A stretch of DNA of 64,000 nt from an uncultured Holophaga sp. (GCA_963664825.1 OY761614.1:1248001-1312000), one strand, 5' to 3'. Counted from the first letter of the stretch, positions 28,641 through 39,005 are shown. Notes: generated by a model not told the origin, from the letters alone. Made by a program: numbers and translations.

Positions 28641-30770
28641 ATGCAGCCATTCGTTTCCAGCGACCAGAACTTGAAAGAGTTCTCCTTCCGGGCGGTGCTC
28701 ATCGGACTGGTGCTCTGCATCGTCCTGGGGGCCGCCAACGCCTACCTGGGCCTTAAGGCCGGCATGACCATCGCCGCTACCTACCCGGCGGCGGTCATCG
28801 GCATGGCCCTCATCAAGCTCCTCAAGGGCACCATCCTCGAGGAGAACATGGCCCGCACCGTGGGCAGCATCGGTGAGAGCGTGGCGGCAGGCGCCGTCTT
28901 CACCCTCCCCGCCTTCGTCATGAGCGGCATCTGGCCCCGGTTCTTCACGGCCGGGAACTACATGACCTCGGCCTGCATCATGTTCAGCGGCGGTCTCCTG
29001 GGCATCATGTTCGTGGCCCTCCTGCGCCGCGTCATGGTGGAAGATGCGGAACTGCCCTACCCCGAAAGCGTGGCCGCAGCGGAAATCCACAAGGCTGGCC
29101 AGGGCACGGGAGGCGGCACGGGCCTGCTATTTGGCGCCATGGCCTTCGGCGGTTTCATCCAGATTCTCAATCAGCTGAGCCTCTTCAGCACCTCCTGGAA
29201 GAAGTTCGTCTTCTTCAAGGACGCCGCCTTCAACCTGCTGGATAAGGGCAAGGCAGCCGTCGCCAAGGGCGGCATCCTGCTCACGTCCCCGGGCATCAGC
29301 CCGGCCTACATGGGCGTGGGCTACATCATCGGCCCCCAACTCGGCGCTTTGAACTTCGCAGGCGGCGTCCTCGCCTGGGGCCTGCTGGTGCCCATGATCA
29401 CCTACTTCCTGGCCCCGGGCTCCATGCCCGCGGACGCCTCGATGACCGACTGGCTCACCCTAGCCACCAGTGTTTGGCAGAATATTGTCAAGCCCATCGC
29501 CATCGGCGGCATGCTGGTGGGAGCCTGCACCACCCTTTTCAAGATGAGAAATAGCCTCATCACGGGCCTCAAGCGCTCCATCGGGGACGTGAAGAAGGCC
29601 GCCACCGGTGAGCACACGGTCGATCGCGTTAACCAAGACATCCCCTTCAACTGGCTCCTGGTGGGCGTGGCCGTGGCCGCACTCTGCACCTTCCTCATCG
29701 CGGCCTTCATCTTCAAGACGAACCTGCTGGTGGCCTTCGTGGCCGCGCTGTTGGCTGTGATCCTGGGATTCTTCTTCGCGGCCGTCTCCGGATACCTGGT
29801 GGGCATCATCGGGTCTTCCAATAACCCCATGTCCGGTCTGACCCTGACGGCCCTGGTCATTACCGCCCTCGTGATGGTGATGCTGGGCGTCAAGGGCAAT
29901 AGCGGCGTCGCCGCCGTGCTGGGCGTGGCCGCCATCGTCTGCGTCAGCAGCGGCGTGGCAGGTGAAATGCTCCAGGATCTCAAGGCCGGCCATATCCTGG
30001 GCGGCACGCCCTGGCGCATGCAGGTGGGCGATATCTTCGGCGTAGTCCTCGCCGCCAGCCTGCTCTTCCTTCCCCTGGCTTATCTCCACATGGGGGATAT
30101 CAATATCGCCGCAGCCAAGGAACTCGATAGCCGCCAGGCGGCCAAGGTGCAGATCGTCACCTACTCGGGCACCCGCAAGGATCTCCAGAAGGAATACACC
30201 CTGGAACAGGTGAAGGCCCTCGATCCCGAGACCAAGAAGGAAGTCCTGAACCTGCAGGATGCGGGCTTCGGCAGTTCGCGCTTGGCGGCGCCCCAGGCGG
30301 GCCTCATGGCCATGCTCGGCCGCGGCATCGTGGAGGGTCGCATGCCTTGGGCCCTCATCATCGCCGGCATGCTCATGGGCATTGGCTTCGTGCTCATGCA
30401 GGTGAAGAGCCCCATGCTCGTCTCCGTGGGCATGTATCTGCCCCTGGAGACCACCTTCGCCATCTTCCTGGGTGGCTGCATCAAGGGCATCGTCGAGATC
30501 ATCGGCAAGAAGAAGAAACTCACCGATGGCCAGAAGGTGCGAGTCGAGAATAGCGGCGTACTGGTGGCCGCAGGCCTCATCGCCGGTGAAGCCCTGGTGG
30601 GCTTGATCTTCGCGGGGCTCGCCGCCAAGAACATCAACTACGCCATCATCAAGAACCCGGGCATGTTCTTCATCAGCCTGATCATCCTGGCGATCATCGC
30701 CCTGATCCTCATCTTCGTGCCCCTGCGAGACCCCGGTCCCGCCGACGCTCCCGCGCCGCCCAAGGCCTAA
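28641..30770 (+). CDS. OPT family oligopeptide transporter
   Basis: NAYLGLKAG, LPYPES, GSSNNPMSG, QDLKAGH, AAPQA. Confidence 0.92.
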   Translation: MQPFVSSDQNLKEFSFRAVLIGLVLCIVLGAANAYLGLKAGMTIAATYPAAVIGMALIKLLKGTILEENMARTVGSIGESVAAGAVFTLPAFVMSGIWPRFFTAGNYMTSACIMFSGGLLGIMFVALLRRVMVEDAELPYPESVAAAEIHKAGQGTGGGTGLLFGAMAFGGFIQILNQLSLFSTSWKKFVFFKDAAFNLLDKGKAAVAKGGILLTSPGISPAYMGVGYIIGPQLGALNFAGGVLAWGLLVPMITYFLAPGSMPADASMTDWLTLATSVWQNIVKPIAIGGMLVGACTTLFKMRNSLITGLKRSIGDVKKAATGEHTVDRVNQDIPFNWLLVGVAVAALCTFLIAAFIFKTNLLVAFVAALLAVILGFFFAAVSGYLVGIIGSSNNPMSGLTLTALVITALVMVMLGVKGNSGVAAVLGVAAIVCVSSGVAGEMLQDLKAGHILGGTPWRMQVGDIFGVVLAASLLFLPLAYLHMGDINIAAAKELDSRQAAKVQIVTYSGTRKDLQKEYTLEQVKALDPETKKEVLNLQDAGFGSSRLAAPQAGLMAMLGRGIVEGRMPWALIIAGMLMGIGFVLMQVKSPMLVSVGMYLPLETTFAIFLGGCIKGIVEIIGKKKKLTDGQKVRVENSGVLVAAGLIAGEALVGLIFAGLAAKNINYAIIKNPGMFFISLIILAIIALILIFVPLRDPGPADAPAPPKA

Positions 30771-30783
30771 TGCTCCAATAACG

Positions 30784-30811
30784 GAAAAGGGCCCCGCATG
30801 GGGCCCTTTTC
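30784..30811 (+). terminator. Rho-independent terminator
   Basis: GAAAAGGGCCCC-GCAT-GGGGCCCTTTTC. Confidence 0.8.
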
Positions 30812-30837
30812 GTTAAGCCTGAAAAGACGAGAAGAGA

Positions 30838-31182
30838 ATGAACACACCCAAGACACTGAACGAGATGCTGGCCGCAGTGCCCGAACCCGCGGTGGAATGC
30901 CTCGCCCGCGAGGGCGGTCTCCTCACGCTGATGCGGCCCAAGTTCGTGAGCCCCCGGTTTCAATGGCTCCAGCGCCTACTCAAACGGCCCCACTTCAAGG
31001 TGAAGTTGGATGCCGTGGGGAGCTGCCTCTGGGCCCACATGGACGGCACCCGGGACGGCTATGCCCTGGTGGAGATCCTCCACCTCGCCTTCGGCGAACG
31101 GGTGGCGCCCGCCGATGAACGCACGGCCCGCTTCCTGCTCCAGCTCACCGAGGGCGGCTTCGTGCGTTTGAAGCGCCCCTGA
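30838..31182 (+). CDS. PqqD family (RRE-like) protein
   Basis: KLDAVGSCLWAHMDG..ILHLAFGE..FLLQLTEGGFV. Confidence 0.75.
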   Translation: MNTPKTLNEMLAAVPEPAVECLAREGGLLTLMRPKFVSPRFQWLQRLLKRPHFKVKLDAVGSCLWAHMDGTRDGYALVEILHLAFGERVAPADERTARFLLQLTEGGFVRLKRP

Positions 31183-31219
31183 GAGTCTCCAACAACGATC
31201 TGCATCACCCCAGATAACA

Positions 31220-31245
31220 AAGCGCCCCCGTCTCCGGGGGCGCTT
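31220..31245 (-). terminator. Rho-independent terminator of the porin gene
   Basis: AAGCGCCCCCG-TCTC-CGGGGGCGCTT. Confidence 0.7.
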
Positions 31246-31263
31246 CCTGTTGAGGGAATAGGT

Positions 31264-32523
31264 TCAGAACCAGACCTGGAAGGCCGCCACGACGCTATCG
31301 CCACCCTGCTCGCCGGTCTGACCGGTGCGGGGAGCAAGGAAGTTCTTGCTGCGGAAGATGTAGTCGACCTTGATATTGGCCTTGCGGATCAGGGCCGGAT
31401 TGAAGGCGTAGGTGTAGCCTGCGGTGAACTCCGTGTACTTGGGCGTGTAGTCGGCGCCGTCAGTCCGAGCCACGCCGGGCGCGCTTTCCGTGTAGGGATT
31501 GTAGGTGGTGTACCACTTGTCGCCCTGGTTGTAGTTCATGAAGTCGTAGCGCAGGCGGAAGATGTGATGGCCCGTAGTGTAGGCGCCGGTGATCTCGTAG
31601 CCCAGGAACTTCTGATCCAGGTGCTGGCGCTTGGAGCCATTCACCGCCTGGAGGAAGGCAACGTTCCGGCGACCGAGAAGGCCCGTGGCCGCTTCGGCAT
31701 CCGCATGCCAAGGGCCCTGGTTGAACGCGTAGTAGGCGCCGTAGGTGCTCGTCTTGTCCTTGTTGTCATAGATCTCAAGGACAGTGGGCGGCACGTTGGT
31801 GACAGACGGTGCGCCAAAGGCGGCCCCCTGGGTGCTGGCCCCGGTCTTGTCCGTGAGGTTGGTGGAGCCCTGCTGAAGGTAGACACCGAACTTGTGTTCC
31901 GTACCGGCATTCAGATCCAGCCGGGCCGTGACATCCTTCTGGGCATTGACATCATTCTGACGATCCGTGGAACCGTTGAAATAGCCAACGCCCAAGCGAC
32001 CACCGAAGGCCTTGTCCCCGAAGATGTAGGTGCCCTGAAGGCCGCGATCCCGGTAATCGGAGGCGAAGCGGGCCACCTGGGCCCGGTCCGTGAAGAGCAG
32101 ATCGGCGGCGGCCACCATGCTGGCTTCGTAGCCGATGGGCTTGAACTGACCCACCTTGACCTCGAAGGAGGTATTGGGTTTCCAGGTGAGAAAGGCGTCA
32201 TAGAGCATGGGGCTGGGCTGATTGGGATCCAGCATGATATTGCCGCTGAGCTCGTCGGTGATATTGGCGGCCACGTAAATCTCTGCACGACGAAGGCTGA
32301 AGCCATTTTCATTGTAGGGGTTGATGCTGCTGGTGCCCTTCGTGCCACCCAGGGTGTAGTAGGAGAGGTTCCCGCCGGGCGCCGAATTCAGCCTCAGACT
32401 GTTGTCGGTCATCTGGGTGTACCAGGCGATGAGGAGAGCGTTGATCTTGACATCCTGGGCCTGGGAGGTGGCGGATCCGGCGACCACCAGGGTCGCGATG
32501 AGGGCGAGACGGGTTTTTTTCAT
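31264..32523 (-). CDS. Outer membrane porin (OprO/OprP-like)
   Basis: Signal peptide, FSLRRAEI, KVGQFK, C-terminal aromatic residue (QVWF). Confidence 0.75.
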   Translation of the reverse strand: MKKTRLALIATLVVAGSATSQAQDVKINALLIAWYTQMTDNSLRLNSAPGGNLSYYTLGGTKGTSSINPYNENGFSLRRAEIYVAANITDELSGNIMLDPNQPSPMLYDAFLTWKPNTSFEVKVGQFKPIGYEASMVAAADLLFTDRAQVARFASDYRDRGLQGTYIFGDKAFGGRLGVGYFNGSTDRQNDVNAQKDVTARLDLNAGTEHKFGVYLQQGSTNLTDKTGASTQGAAFGAPSVTNVPPTVLEIYDNKDKTSTYGAYYAFNQGPWHADAEAATGLLGRRNVAFLQAVNGSKRQHLDQKFLGYEITGAYTTGHHIFRLRYDFMNYNQGDKWYTTYNPYTESAPGVARTDGADYTPKYTEFTAGYTYAFNPALIRKANIKVDYIFRSKNFLAPRTGQTGEQGGDSVVAAFQVWF

Positions 32524-32597
32524 GAGGACTCCTTCAAGATCCCGGGACCAGCCCGAGTGGGGTACATCGGCCTCCGATGCCCCTCGTGTGAATAACG

Positions 32598-33464
32598 CTA
32601 TCTGTTCGAATCGTCCCGCAGCGTGGCTAGGCGGTAAAGCTCCGAGGCCCCCCGATCGAGATGACGACTCAGGGGCTTCACGGCCTCCCGCAGCGTCATG
32701 CCACCTTCCCGGGCGGCCTCCAGGAAGCGCCAGGCCCATTCCGGCAAGTCCTCCCCTTCCAGGCTCACGGAGAAATCTCCCACCACGCGCTTGGCCGCCG
32801 CCCCGGCGATCACCAGCACCATCTCGCCCCGGTGCTCGGAGCCCAGTTGCTGGTGCACCTGGGCGGGAAGACCTCGGTACCAGGTTTCGTGGAGCTTGGT
32901 GAGTTCCCGGCCCAGGGCGATCTCCCGATCCGGCAGGATCTCTTCCAGCTCGGAGAGGGCCTCGTGGATGCGATGGGGGGTCTCGAAGACCACCGTGGTC
33001 TCCTCTCGTCCCGCCAACTTCTGAAGGAAGGCGCGACGGGGTTCTCCCCGGCTGGGCAGATAGCCGAGGAAACTGAAGGCATGGTTGGGCAGGCCGGAGG
33101 CCACCACCGCCAGGGTGACGGCCGAAGGCCCAGGCAACACCGTCACCTTGATGCCCGCTTCCCGGGCCAGGCGGGCCAGTTCGAAACCCGGATCATTGAC
33201 GCCGGGCATGCCCGCATCCGAACAATAGGCCACGGTCTCGCCCCCAGCCAAGGCCAGGCTGACGGCCTCCACGGAAGCTTCGGGCACATGATCATCGAAG
33301 CGCACCAGGGGCTTGTCGATCCCCAGGTGTTTGAGGAGCCCCCCCGTCCTCCGCGTATCCTCGCAGGCCACGCGGTCACAGGCATGAAGGGCGTCAATGG
33401 CCCTTTGAGTGAGATCGCCCAGGTTTCCGATGGGCGTCGGCACCAGGATGAGATGTCCAGCCAC
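32598..33464 (-). CDS. rsmI: 16S rRNA (cytidine1402-2'-O)-methyltransferase
   Basis: TPIGNLGD, CEDTRRT, SDAGMPGVNDPG, RELTKLHE; GTG start after AAGGAG. Confidence 0.93.
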   Translation of the reverse strand: MAGHLILVPTPIGNLGDLTQRAIDALHACDRVACEDTRRTGGLLKHLGIDKPLVRFDDHVPEASVEAVSLALAGGETVAYCSDAGMPGVNDPGFELARLAREAGIKVTVLPGPSAVTLAVVASGLPNHAFSFLGYLPSRGEPRRAFLQKLAGREETTVVFETPHRIHEALSELEEILPDREIALGRELTKLHETWYRGLPAQVHQQLGSEHRGEMVLVIAGAAAKRVVGDFSVSLEGEDLPEWAWRFLEAAREGGMTLREAVKPLSRHLDRGASELYRLATLRDDSNR

Positions 33465-33586
33465 AGTGGCTCCTTCTCTTCCATTAAACACGGATTGAGC
33501 CTTTCGAGGCGACCACAGGCTGACGCGGCGCCCCGAGCGGCGCCACATCATTCCAAACGGGTGAAAAGCCCTGGGGGCTGGCAGAC

Positions 33587-34633
33587 TCAGTAACCTTCGC
33601 CCTCGGGGGCGGCCTTCACCTTCCCCCGATGAATATGGAAGAGGTAGGCGAAGTAGAGGATCACCAAGGGGAATCCCACCAGCCACCACACGAGCCCAGC
33701 CCGGAGGCCGTGGGGCTCCACGCTGGCATTGAAAGCCGTGAGCGAGCCTGCAGGGTCCAAGGTGGAGCGCAACATCACAGGGAAGACGCAGGCCGCTGTG
33801 GTGGCAAGGATCCCCAGGATGAAGGCCCCCGAGCCCAGGAAGGCCAGGAGGTGCCACTTCCGGGAAAGGCCCAGGAAGACGAGCCCGAGACCCGCCACAT
33901 AGACAACGAAGAAGAGCCAGGCCAGCGGCGCCCTGGGAAACGCATCGAAGATGCCGGGGTTCACGACCTTCGTGGCCAGGGTCGTCATGAGCCAGAGGGC
34001 CAGGGTGGCGATCCAGAGGGGCATGGCGGCTTTCAGACAGCGAGCCTGAAGGGGTCCTTCCGTCTTCCAGGCCAGGAAGGTGGCACCGTGGGCCGTGATG
34101 ACCACCAGGGTGAAGACGCCCACCAGCACGGTGTACCAGTCCAGGATGCCCACGGGGTTGGAGGTTCCCAGGTTCGTGAAGAGGGGGAGATTGAATTCCC
34201 CTCCCACATTCAGGGGCACGCCCCGGATGACATTGCCCAGGGCCGCCCCGAGCAGGATCGGAAGCAGGATGCTGCTGAGGGCGAAGGTGCCATCCCAGAA
34301 GGCCCGCCACATAGCGTCCCGGACATGGCTGCGGAATTCGATGGCGATGCCCCGCAGCAGCAGCGTCCAGAGCACCATGAACATGGCTAGGTAGAAGCCC
34401 GAGAAGCCTGCGGCCAGCACCTTGGGAAAGGCCAGGAACAGTGCGCCGCCCCCGGCCAGCAGCCAGACCTCGTTGCCATCCCAGAGGGGACCGATGGCGC
34501 CGAGCACCTCCCGGCGTTCCGTATTGGTCCGGGCCACGAAGAGATGCAGGATTCCCGAGCCAAAATCGAAGCCATCCATCACGGCGTAGATGGCCACCAT
34601 CACGCTCACGAGCCAGAACCAGAGTGTCTGCAT
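33587..34633 (-). CDS. cydB: Cytochrome bd oxidase subunit II
   Basis: DGFDFG, GPLWDGNEVWL, RGIAIEFR. Confidence 0.95.
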   Translation of the reverse strand: MQTLWFWLVSVMVAIYAVMDGFDFGSGILHLFVARTNTERREVLGAIGPLWDGNEVWLLAGGGALFLAFPKVLAAGFSGFYLAMFMVLWTLLLRGIAIEFRSHVRDAMWRAFWDGTFALSSILLPILLGAALGNVIRGVPLNVGGEFNLPLFTNLGTSNPVGILDWYTVLVGVFTLVVITAHGATFLAWKTEGPLQARCLKAAMPLWIATLALWLMTTLATKVVNPGIFDAFPRAPLAWLFFVVYVAGLGLVFLGLSRKWHLLAFLGSGAFILGILATTAACVFPVMLRSTLDPAGSLTAFNASVEPHGLRAGLVWWLVGFPLVILYFAYLFHIHRGKVKAAPEGEGY

Positions 34634-34643
34634 GGGGATCTCC

Positions 34644-35972
34644 TCAGGCCTTGGGAGCAAGGGGGCCGTGGGAAATCTCTCGGCCGATCAGGAAACAGAA
34701 GAGGAGGCCCAGCACAAAGTAGAGCCCCGCGAAGCCCAGGGTGGTGAAGACGGTCTGACCCGCATGCACCAAGCCGCTGGCGCCATGGGCCGTGCGCATG
34801 AGCCCATAGATGAGCCAGGGTTGGCGGCCCATCTCCGCCACCATCCAGCCCGCCGTATTGGCGATGTAGGGGAAGGGGAAGGCCAGCATGAGAATCCAGA
34901 GCAGCCAACGCTTCCCGTCGAGCCCTCCCCGCCACAGGAAGAGGGCCGAAAGGCCCATGAGGGCGATGAAGAAGGTGCCCAGGGAGATCATGATATGGAA
35001 GCTGTAGTAGAGCATCTCCAGGCTGGTGGGCCACTGATCCTCGGGAAATGCGTTGAGGCCTTTCACATCGCTGGAGAAGGAGCCGTAGGCGATGAAGCTG
35101 AGGAGTCCGGGCATGCGGATTGGGTTATCCACCTTGCGTTCCGGCACATTGGGCTGGCCGATGAAATTCATGGCGGCGTAAGAGCCACTTTCGAAGCGCC
35201 CTTCCATGGCCGCCAGGGCCACGGGCTGGTGTTTGGCCACCAGCTTGCCCTGGAGATCACCGGTGGGAAATGCCACCAGGAGGGCCGAGACCAGACCCGC
35301 CCAGATGCCGATCTTAAGATTGCGCTTCGCGTGTTCGAGATGGATGCCCTTGAGGGTCCAGTAAGCGCCCACGGCGGCCACCACGAAGGAAGCCGTGACG
35401 ACTGCGCCCATCATGTTGTGGAGGTACTGGGTGGGAGCCCAGGGATTCAGGAGGAACCTCCAGAAACTGGCCAATTGCAGCGTGGCATTCGGGCCAACGG
35501 TGTAACCCACGGGATGCTGCATGAAGGCATCCGTGGCCACGATGAAGTACCCCGAGAGCCAACTGCCCACGAAGAGCGCCACCGCCGCCCAGAAGTGGCG
35601 CCTGGGGCCGAGCCTCTTCTCCCCCCAGATCAGGAGGCCCAGGAAAGTGCTCTCCAGGAAGAAGGCGAACATCCCCTCCATGCCCAGGGTCTGGCCGATG
35701 ACGCCTCCCGAGAAGCGGCTGAAGGAGGCCCAGTTGGTGCCGAACTGGAACTCCAGGGGAATGCCCGTCACCACGCCCACTGCGAAATTGATGCCGAAGA
35801 TGCGGATCCAGAAGCGGGCCAGATCGCCATAGGCTTCATCGCCCGTGCGGTGCGCCACCCATTTCAGGATGACGATGAGGAGCGCCAGGCCCATGGTGAG
35901 CTGGGGGAAGAGGTAATGGTAGGCCGCCGTGAAGCCGAACTGAAGCCGGTGCCAGAAGACTGGGTCGCCCAT
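34644..35972 (-). CDS. cydA: Cytochrome bd oxidase subunit I
   Basis: RLQF..HYLF, EFQFGTNW, AAMEG, EMGRQPW. Confidence 0.95.
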   Translation of the reverse strand: MGDPVFWHRLQFGFTAAYHYLFPQLTMGLALLIVILKWVAHRTGDEAYGDLARFWIRIFGINFAVGVVTGIPLEFQFGTNWASFSRFSGGVIGQTLGMEGMFAFFLESTFLGLLIWGEKRLGPRRHFWAAVALFVGSWLSGYFIVATDAFMQHPVGYTVGPNATLQLASFWRFLLNPWAPTQYLHNMMGAVVTASFVVAAVGAYWTLKGIHLEHAKRNLKIGIWAGLVSALLVAFPTGDLQGKLVAKHQPVALAAMEGRFESGSYAAMNFIGQPNVPERKVDNPIRMPGLLSFIAYGSFSSDVKGLNAFPEDQWPTSLEMLYYSFHIMISLGTFFIALMGLSALFLWRGGLDGKRWLLWILMLAFPFPYIANTAGWMVAEMGRQPWLIYGLMRTAHGASGLVHAGQTVFTTLGFAGLYFVLGLLFCFLIGREISHGPLAPKA

Positions 35973-36084
35973 GGGGACTCCGGGAAATGGTGGGATGCAG
36001 TCGGAGGATATCAGAGGCAGGGACTAAGGCCCATGCGCCATGCAATGATTACGATGCCTCTCGGGAATGCGCCGTTCCCCTTGA

Positions 36085-36957
36085 CTACCTTGAGACAGGC
36101 TGGCCCTGGTGCACCACGCGCTGCGGCATGGCAATCTCGATCCCCTCGGCTCTCAGGGCCAGGAGGTAGCGGCGACGCAGCTCCCGGGCCACTTCCCACT
36201 GCTTCCCGGGCATGGTCTTGGTGAGGGTGCGCACCGTGACCCCGTTGGGGCCGATGGCCTCTACCCCCAGCACCTGGGTGGGTTCCAGCACACGCTCCGG
36301 CCAATCCTGGGCGAGCCCTTCCCCCACCTGGCCCAGCAGGGCCATGACCGCATCGATATCGGTACCGAAGGCCACCTCGATATCCACCTGGGCCCGGGCG
36401 AAATCCTTGGTGAGTACCACGACCTGGGTGATGGAGCCGTTGGGCAGATAGTGGGCCTTCCCCTCGGAATCCCGGATCTGGGTGACCCGCAGGGTCATGC
36501 GCTCCACCGTGCCCGAATGCTGGCCCTCCACGCTGATCACATCTCCCACACCAAACTGGTTTTCCATGAGGAGGAAGAAACCGGCGATCCAGTCCTTGAT
36601 GAGGCTCTGGGCGCCGAAGCCCAGGGCCACCCCCGCCACCCCCGCCCCTGCCAGCAGGGGGCCCACGTTCACACCGAATTCCTGAAGGGTACTCAGAGTA
36701 AAGAAGGCTGCCACCAGGACCCAGGCCAGATGGTTGAGGACCGAGGCCAGCGTATCGGCCCGGCGCTCCGCCTCGCTGGTGACGTCCTCGTTCCCGTCAT
36801 CCACGGCCCTGCGAACGGCCCGCCCGATGAGGCGCACGGCCCAGAGCAGCACGAAGCAGGTGATGAGCACCAGCGCCAGCTTCTGCAGTTTGGCCCAGCC
36901 CACCCGCTCGAACCAGATGGCCAAGGATTCCAACTTGGTGTTGAACAACAGACCCAT
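36085..36957 (-). CDS. mscS: Small-conductance mechanosensitive channel
   Basis: GAGVAGVALGFGAQ, QFGVGD, GTVE, PNG. Confidence 0.88.
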   Translation of the reverse strand: MGLLFNTKLESLAIWFERVGWAKLQKLALVLITCFVLLWAVRLIGRAVRRAVDDGNEDVTSEAERRADTLASVLNHLAWVLVAAFFTLSTLQEFGVNVGPLLAGAGVAGVALGFGAQSLIKDWIAGFFLLMENQFGVGDVISVEGQHSGTVERMTLRVTQIRDSEGKAHYLPNGSITQVVVLTKDFARAQVDIEVAFGTDIDAVMALLGQVGEGLAQDWPERVLEPTQVLGVEAIGPNGVTVRTLTKTMPGKQWEVARELRRRYLLALRAEGIEIAMPQRVVHQGQPVSR

Positions 36958-37050
36958 TGCGACCTCAGTTGAAGGGAAAGCGCTTCGACAAGGATTCCGA
37001 TTGTAGCCGGGAGAGTGGCTCACCCACCGGAAGCAGCCTGAATTTGGTGC

Positions 37051-38958
37051 CTACAGCCCCTTCAGAACGGCCCTGGCGAAATCCGGCAGGGAGGGATCCC
37101 GGGCGCCCATGATGAGCACCAGGTCCCCTTCTTGAGCTTCCGAAACGAGGCGCTCCACCAGCCACTCCCGGGAGGGTGCGAATTCAGCCAGGGTGCCCTT
37201 TTCACCTATTTCGCACACGATCTCGGCAGACGAGAAATCCCGGTTCGCCGTCCCCCCCGCGTAGTAGATCTCCAGCATCCAGAGCCGGTCCTGGGGCCGC
37301 AATTCGGCCTGGAAGGTCGCCACGAAATCCGGACGCAGGAAGCGCATGGGGGCGTATCCATGGGGCTGGAAGACGGCCAGCACACGCTTGGCGCGCATCT
37401 GGGCGGTGCGGATTGAAGCGGCCACCTTGGCCGGATTGTGGCCGAAATCGTCCACCACCTGTACGCCCCCCTTCGTGCCCAGGACCTGAAACCGCCGCGC
37501 CACGCCTTGGAAGGCCGCCAGAGGAGCCACCATCTCCTGCAAGGGCACTCCCACCGCGGCGCAGGCGGCGAGCGCCGCCAGGGCGTTCTCCACATTGTGT
37601 CTGCCGGGCACGGGGAGACTGAAGGTGATGCCATTCACCCGGAAGGTCGAGCCCTCAGCCTCCAGGACCAGTTCCTCACCCCGCAGCCCCGCTTCCTTGC
37701 CGAATCCGAAGACCGTGGCCCCCGAGGCCAGCTCCGTCAGGTTCTCGGCCTCGCCCACCACGAAGGCCTCCTGGACGCGGCCCCGGAAGATGCGGAACAT
37801 CTCGGCCACCTCGGATTCGGCCTTGTGGTCCTTCTGGAGGTTCAAGACCACGCCCACGGCAGGTTTGTAGCGCACCACCGAACCATCGCTCTCATCGGCC
37901 TCGATGACCAGCAGATCGGAATCCCCCGCCCAGGCGTTGCCCCAGAGACCTTCCCCCTGAAGGGCCACCAGTTCGCCGCCGGTGATGATCGAAGGGCTGC
38001 GCCCTGCCCCCCGCAGGATTTCAAAGACAAGAGCCGCCGTCGTGGATTTGCCGCTGGTGCCCGTGATGGCCAAGGTGCGATGGGAGGCCACGAGATCGGC
38101 CAGCAGTTCGGAGCGGTGGATGAGCGGCACGCCCAGGCGCCGCGCTTCAGAGAAATCGGGCACTGTATCTTCCACCGCCGTGGAATAGACCACGCCGCTG
38201 CAATCCCCGGCCACGCCGCAGCCATCCTGGGGCAGGATAGAGATGCCCAATTGTGCCAGCCTCCCCCGGGCCGCCGCGTTCTGGCCTCGGTCGAAGGCGC
38301 GATCACTGCCGCTCACGGGCCTCCCCTTCATGGCCCAGAATTGCGCCAGGGCGCTCATGCCGCTGCCGCCCACTCCCGCGAAGTGGAGGCGGCCCGAACC
38401 TGACCCCTCGACCACCACCAGCGCATCACCTTCCCTGGCCAGCCCGAAGAGTTCCACCACATCGGCATTGGCCATGCGCAGGCAGCCGTGGGAGACGGCC
38501 TCCCCCAATCGGTGTTCCTGGTTGGTGCCGTGGATGTAGATGTAGCGCTCCAGCGTGTCGTGATCGGCACCCCGGTTGAGGCCTTCCTCCAGGCCCTCCA
38601 GCGTGAGGACCCGCGTGAGGATCAGGTCCTCCTCCCGGGTTTCGCCCTGCCAGATTTCCCCCGTAGCGATCTGGCTGCGGAAGATCATGCCGCCGGGAGC
38701 GCCCTCTCCAAGCTTGCGATGGATCCTGTGCCAGCCCAGAGGCGTCTGGTACGAGCCCTCCTGATAGCCGAGGCCATTCAGGGCCGTGGAGATGGGGTAG
38801 TCCCCGAGCAGCTCCCCGTGTTCCAGCAGGCCCATGCGCTGCCGCGCCACATCCACCACCAACAGGCGGTTCGGCAGGGCCCGGAAGGGACTTCCGGGTC
38901 TGGAGAGGGCGGCAAGCCCCAGAGATCGGTAGTGGGCGGCGAGAACGGGATTGGCCAT
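37051..38958 (-). CDS. YkuD (L,D-transpeptidase-like) domain fused to a MurC/Mpl-like Mur ligase
   Basis: N-terminal YIYIHGT..SHGCLRM; C-terminal GVGGSGMSALA, GTSGKSTT, EADESD, DDFGHNP; one continuous ORF. Confidence 0.88.
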   Translation of the reverse strand: MANPVLAAHYRSLGLAALSRPGSPFRALPNRLLVVDVARQRMGLLEHGELLGDYPISTALNGLGYQEGSYQTPLGWHRIHRKLGEGAPGGMIFRSQIATGEIWQGETREEDLILTRVLTLEGLEEGLNRGADHDTLERYIYIHGTNQEHRLGEAVSHGCLRMANADVVELFGLAREGDALVVVEGSGSGRLHFAGVGGSGMSALAQFWAMKGRPVSGSDRAFDRGQNAAARGRLAQLGISILPQDGCGVAGDCSGVVYSTAVEDTVPDFSEARRLGVPLIHRSELLADLVASHRTLAITGTSGKSTTAALVFEILRGAGRSPSIITGGELVALQGEGLWGNAWAGDSDLLVIEADESDGSVVRYKPAVGVVLNLQKDHKAESEVAEMFRIFRGRVQEAFVVGEAENLTELASGATVFGFGKEAGLRGEELVLEAEGSTFRVNGITFSLPVPGRHNVENALAALAACAAVGVPLQEMVAPLAAFQGVARRFQVLGTKGGVQVVDDFGHNPAKVAASIRTAQMRAKRVLAVFQPHGYAPMRFLRPDFVATFQAELRPQDRLWMLEIYYAGGTANRDFSSAEIVCEIGEKGTLAEFAPSREWLVERLVSEAQEGDLVLIMGARDPSLPDFARAVLKGL

Positions 38959-39005
38959 GGGTAAGGGTACCGCGGGGAACCCCACCCGGGGACTGCCAGT
39001 GCGCG

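Noticed and set aside
33465..34310. N-terminal extension of RsmI
   Set aside because: Overlaps cydB; there is a good RBS and GTG at 33464
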